The translations under genes were made by a program, and so were the position numbers. Below the pieces are notes generated by a model that had not been told where the DNA came from, searched no databases, and saw only the letters and a program-made list of their open reading frames with translations. DNA of 63,473 nucleotides, the filler included, from Squatina squatina (Eukaryota), in assembly GCA_031763465.1 (NCBI GenBank). It is 3 parts of 3 records of this genome, joined end to end, with 100 filler letters (N's around TTAATTAATTAA, not from the genome) between each part and the next. Parts side by side here need not be neighbours in the genome. Positions count along the whole stretch, not along the records: positions 48,847 to 63,473 come from JARFOE010000149.1; 2 more parts are not named here. One strand, 5' to 3'. Below are positions 63,057 through 63,473 of this stretch, piece after piece (the stretch's first letter is position 1; every line of letters begins with the position of its first letter).

Positions 63057-63152
63057 ACACAGCTTCTCCAGAAGGAATCAGCTGTGAAAGAACAGCTGCA
63101 AAAGACATTGGCAGAGATCAGTAACCTGCAGCAAAACGTTGATTCAGTCAAG
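63057..63152 (+). CDS. TRIM exon 2 (96-nt coiled-coil exon)
   Basis: Acceptor tttccttctag|, TQLLQKESAVKEQLQKTLAEISNLQQNVDSVK, donor AAG|GTAATC. Phase 0-0 fits exon 1, and a 96-nt exon is typical after the B-box in this TRIM class. Absent from the ORF track. Confidence 0.88.
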
Positions 63153-63204
63153 GTAATCCATTGATGATTGCTGACTTCACAAAACAATGAGCTTTTCACT
63201 GGAT

Positions 63205-63473
63205 AGAACATCGGAACAGGAGGAGGCCATTCAGTCCCTCGAGCCTGTTCCGCTATTCAATTAGATCATGGCTGATACTGTATGTTAACTCTATTTATCC
63301 ATAAGGTTCCATATCATTTAATACCCTTGGCTAACAAAAATCTATCAATCTTATTTTTGAAATTTTCAATTACCGAGCCACAACAGCCTTTTTGGGGAGA
63401 GTTTTCCAGATTTCCACTATCATTTGTCTGAAGAAGTGCTTCCTGACATCACCCGTGAATGGCCTAGCTTTAA
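63205..63473 (-). mobile_element. CR1 LINE 3' end, runs off the window
   Basis: ggaggccattcagtccctcgagcctgttccgctattcaattagatcatggctgat. Confidence 0.85.

Noticed and set aside
1-63473. CRISPR arrays, operons, prophage or prokaryotic defence systems
   Set aside because: The DNA is vertebrate with spliceosomal introns; there are no regularly spaced repeats or bacterial-type genes.

Overview
This is vertebrate genomic DNA, not prokaryotic. The repeat content (CR1 LINEs, L2, RTE/BovB-like, Penelope, Deu-domain SINEs, GC-rich MITE-like elements) points to a cartilaginous fish, probably a shark. The window is a heavily gapped draft: short contigs joined mostly by 100-N gaps. Two artificial 44N-TTAATTAATTAA-44N linkers (19093-19192, 48747-48846) split it into at least three scaffolds. 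Four recognisable protein-coding genes are present, each only in part: CYP26A1 exon 1 with its conserved DR5 retinoic-acid response element and TATA box, the last coding exon of GPR37L1, a 293-nt internal exon of a TRIB3-like pseudokinase (minus strand), and exons 1-2 of a RING/B-box/coiled-coil TRIM of the finTRIM/TRIM25/TRIM16 type. Most other ORFs in the track are transposon remnants, span gaps, or are spurious. I found no convincing new multi-gene system. The best leads are a dense cluster of perfect nuclear-receptor half-sites just 3' of GPR37L1, a duplicated 40-bp motif, an orphan exon candidate, and decayed coding-like stretches of unknown origin. Repeat boundaries are approximate and all identifications are by eye, without database searches.
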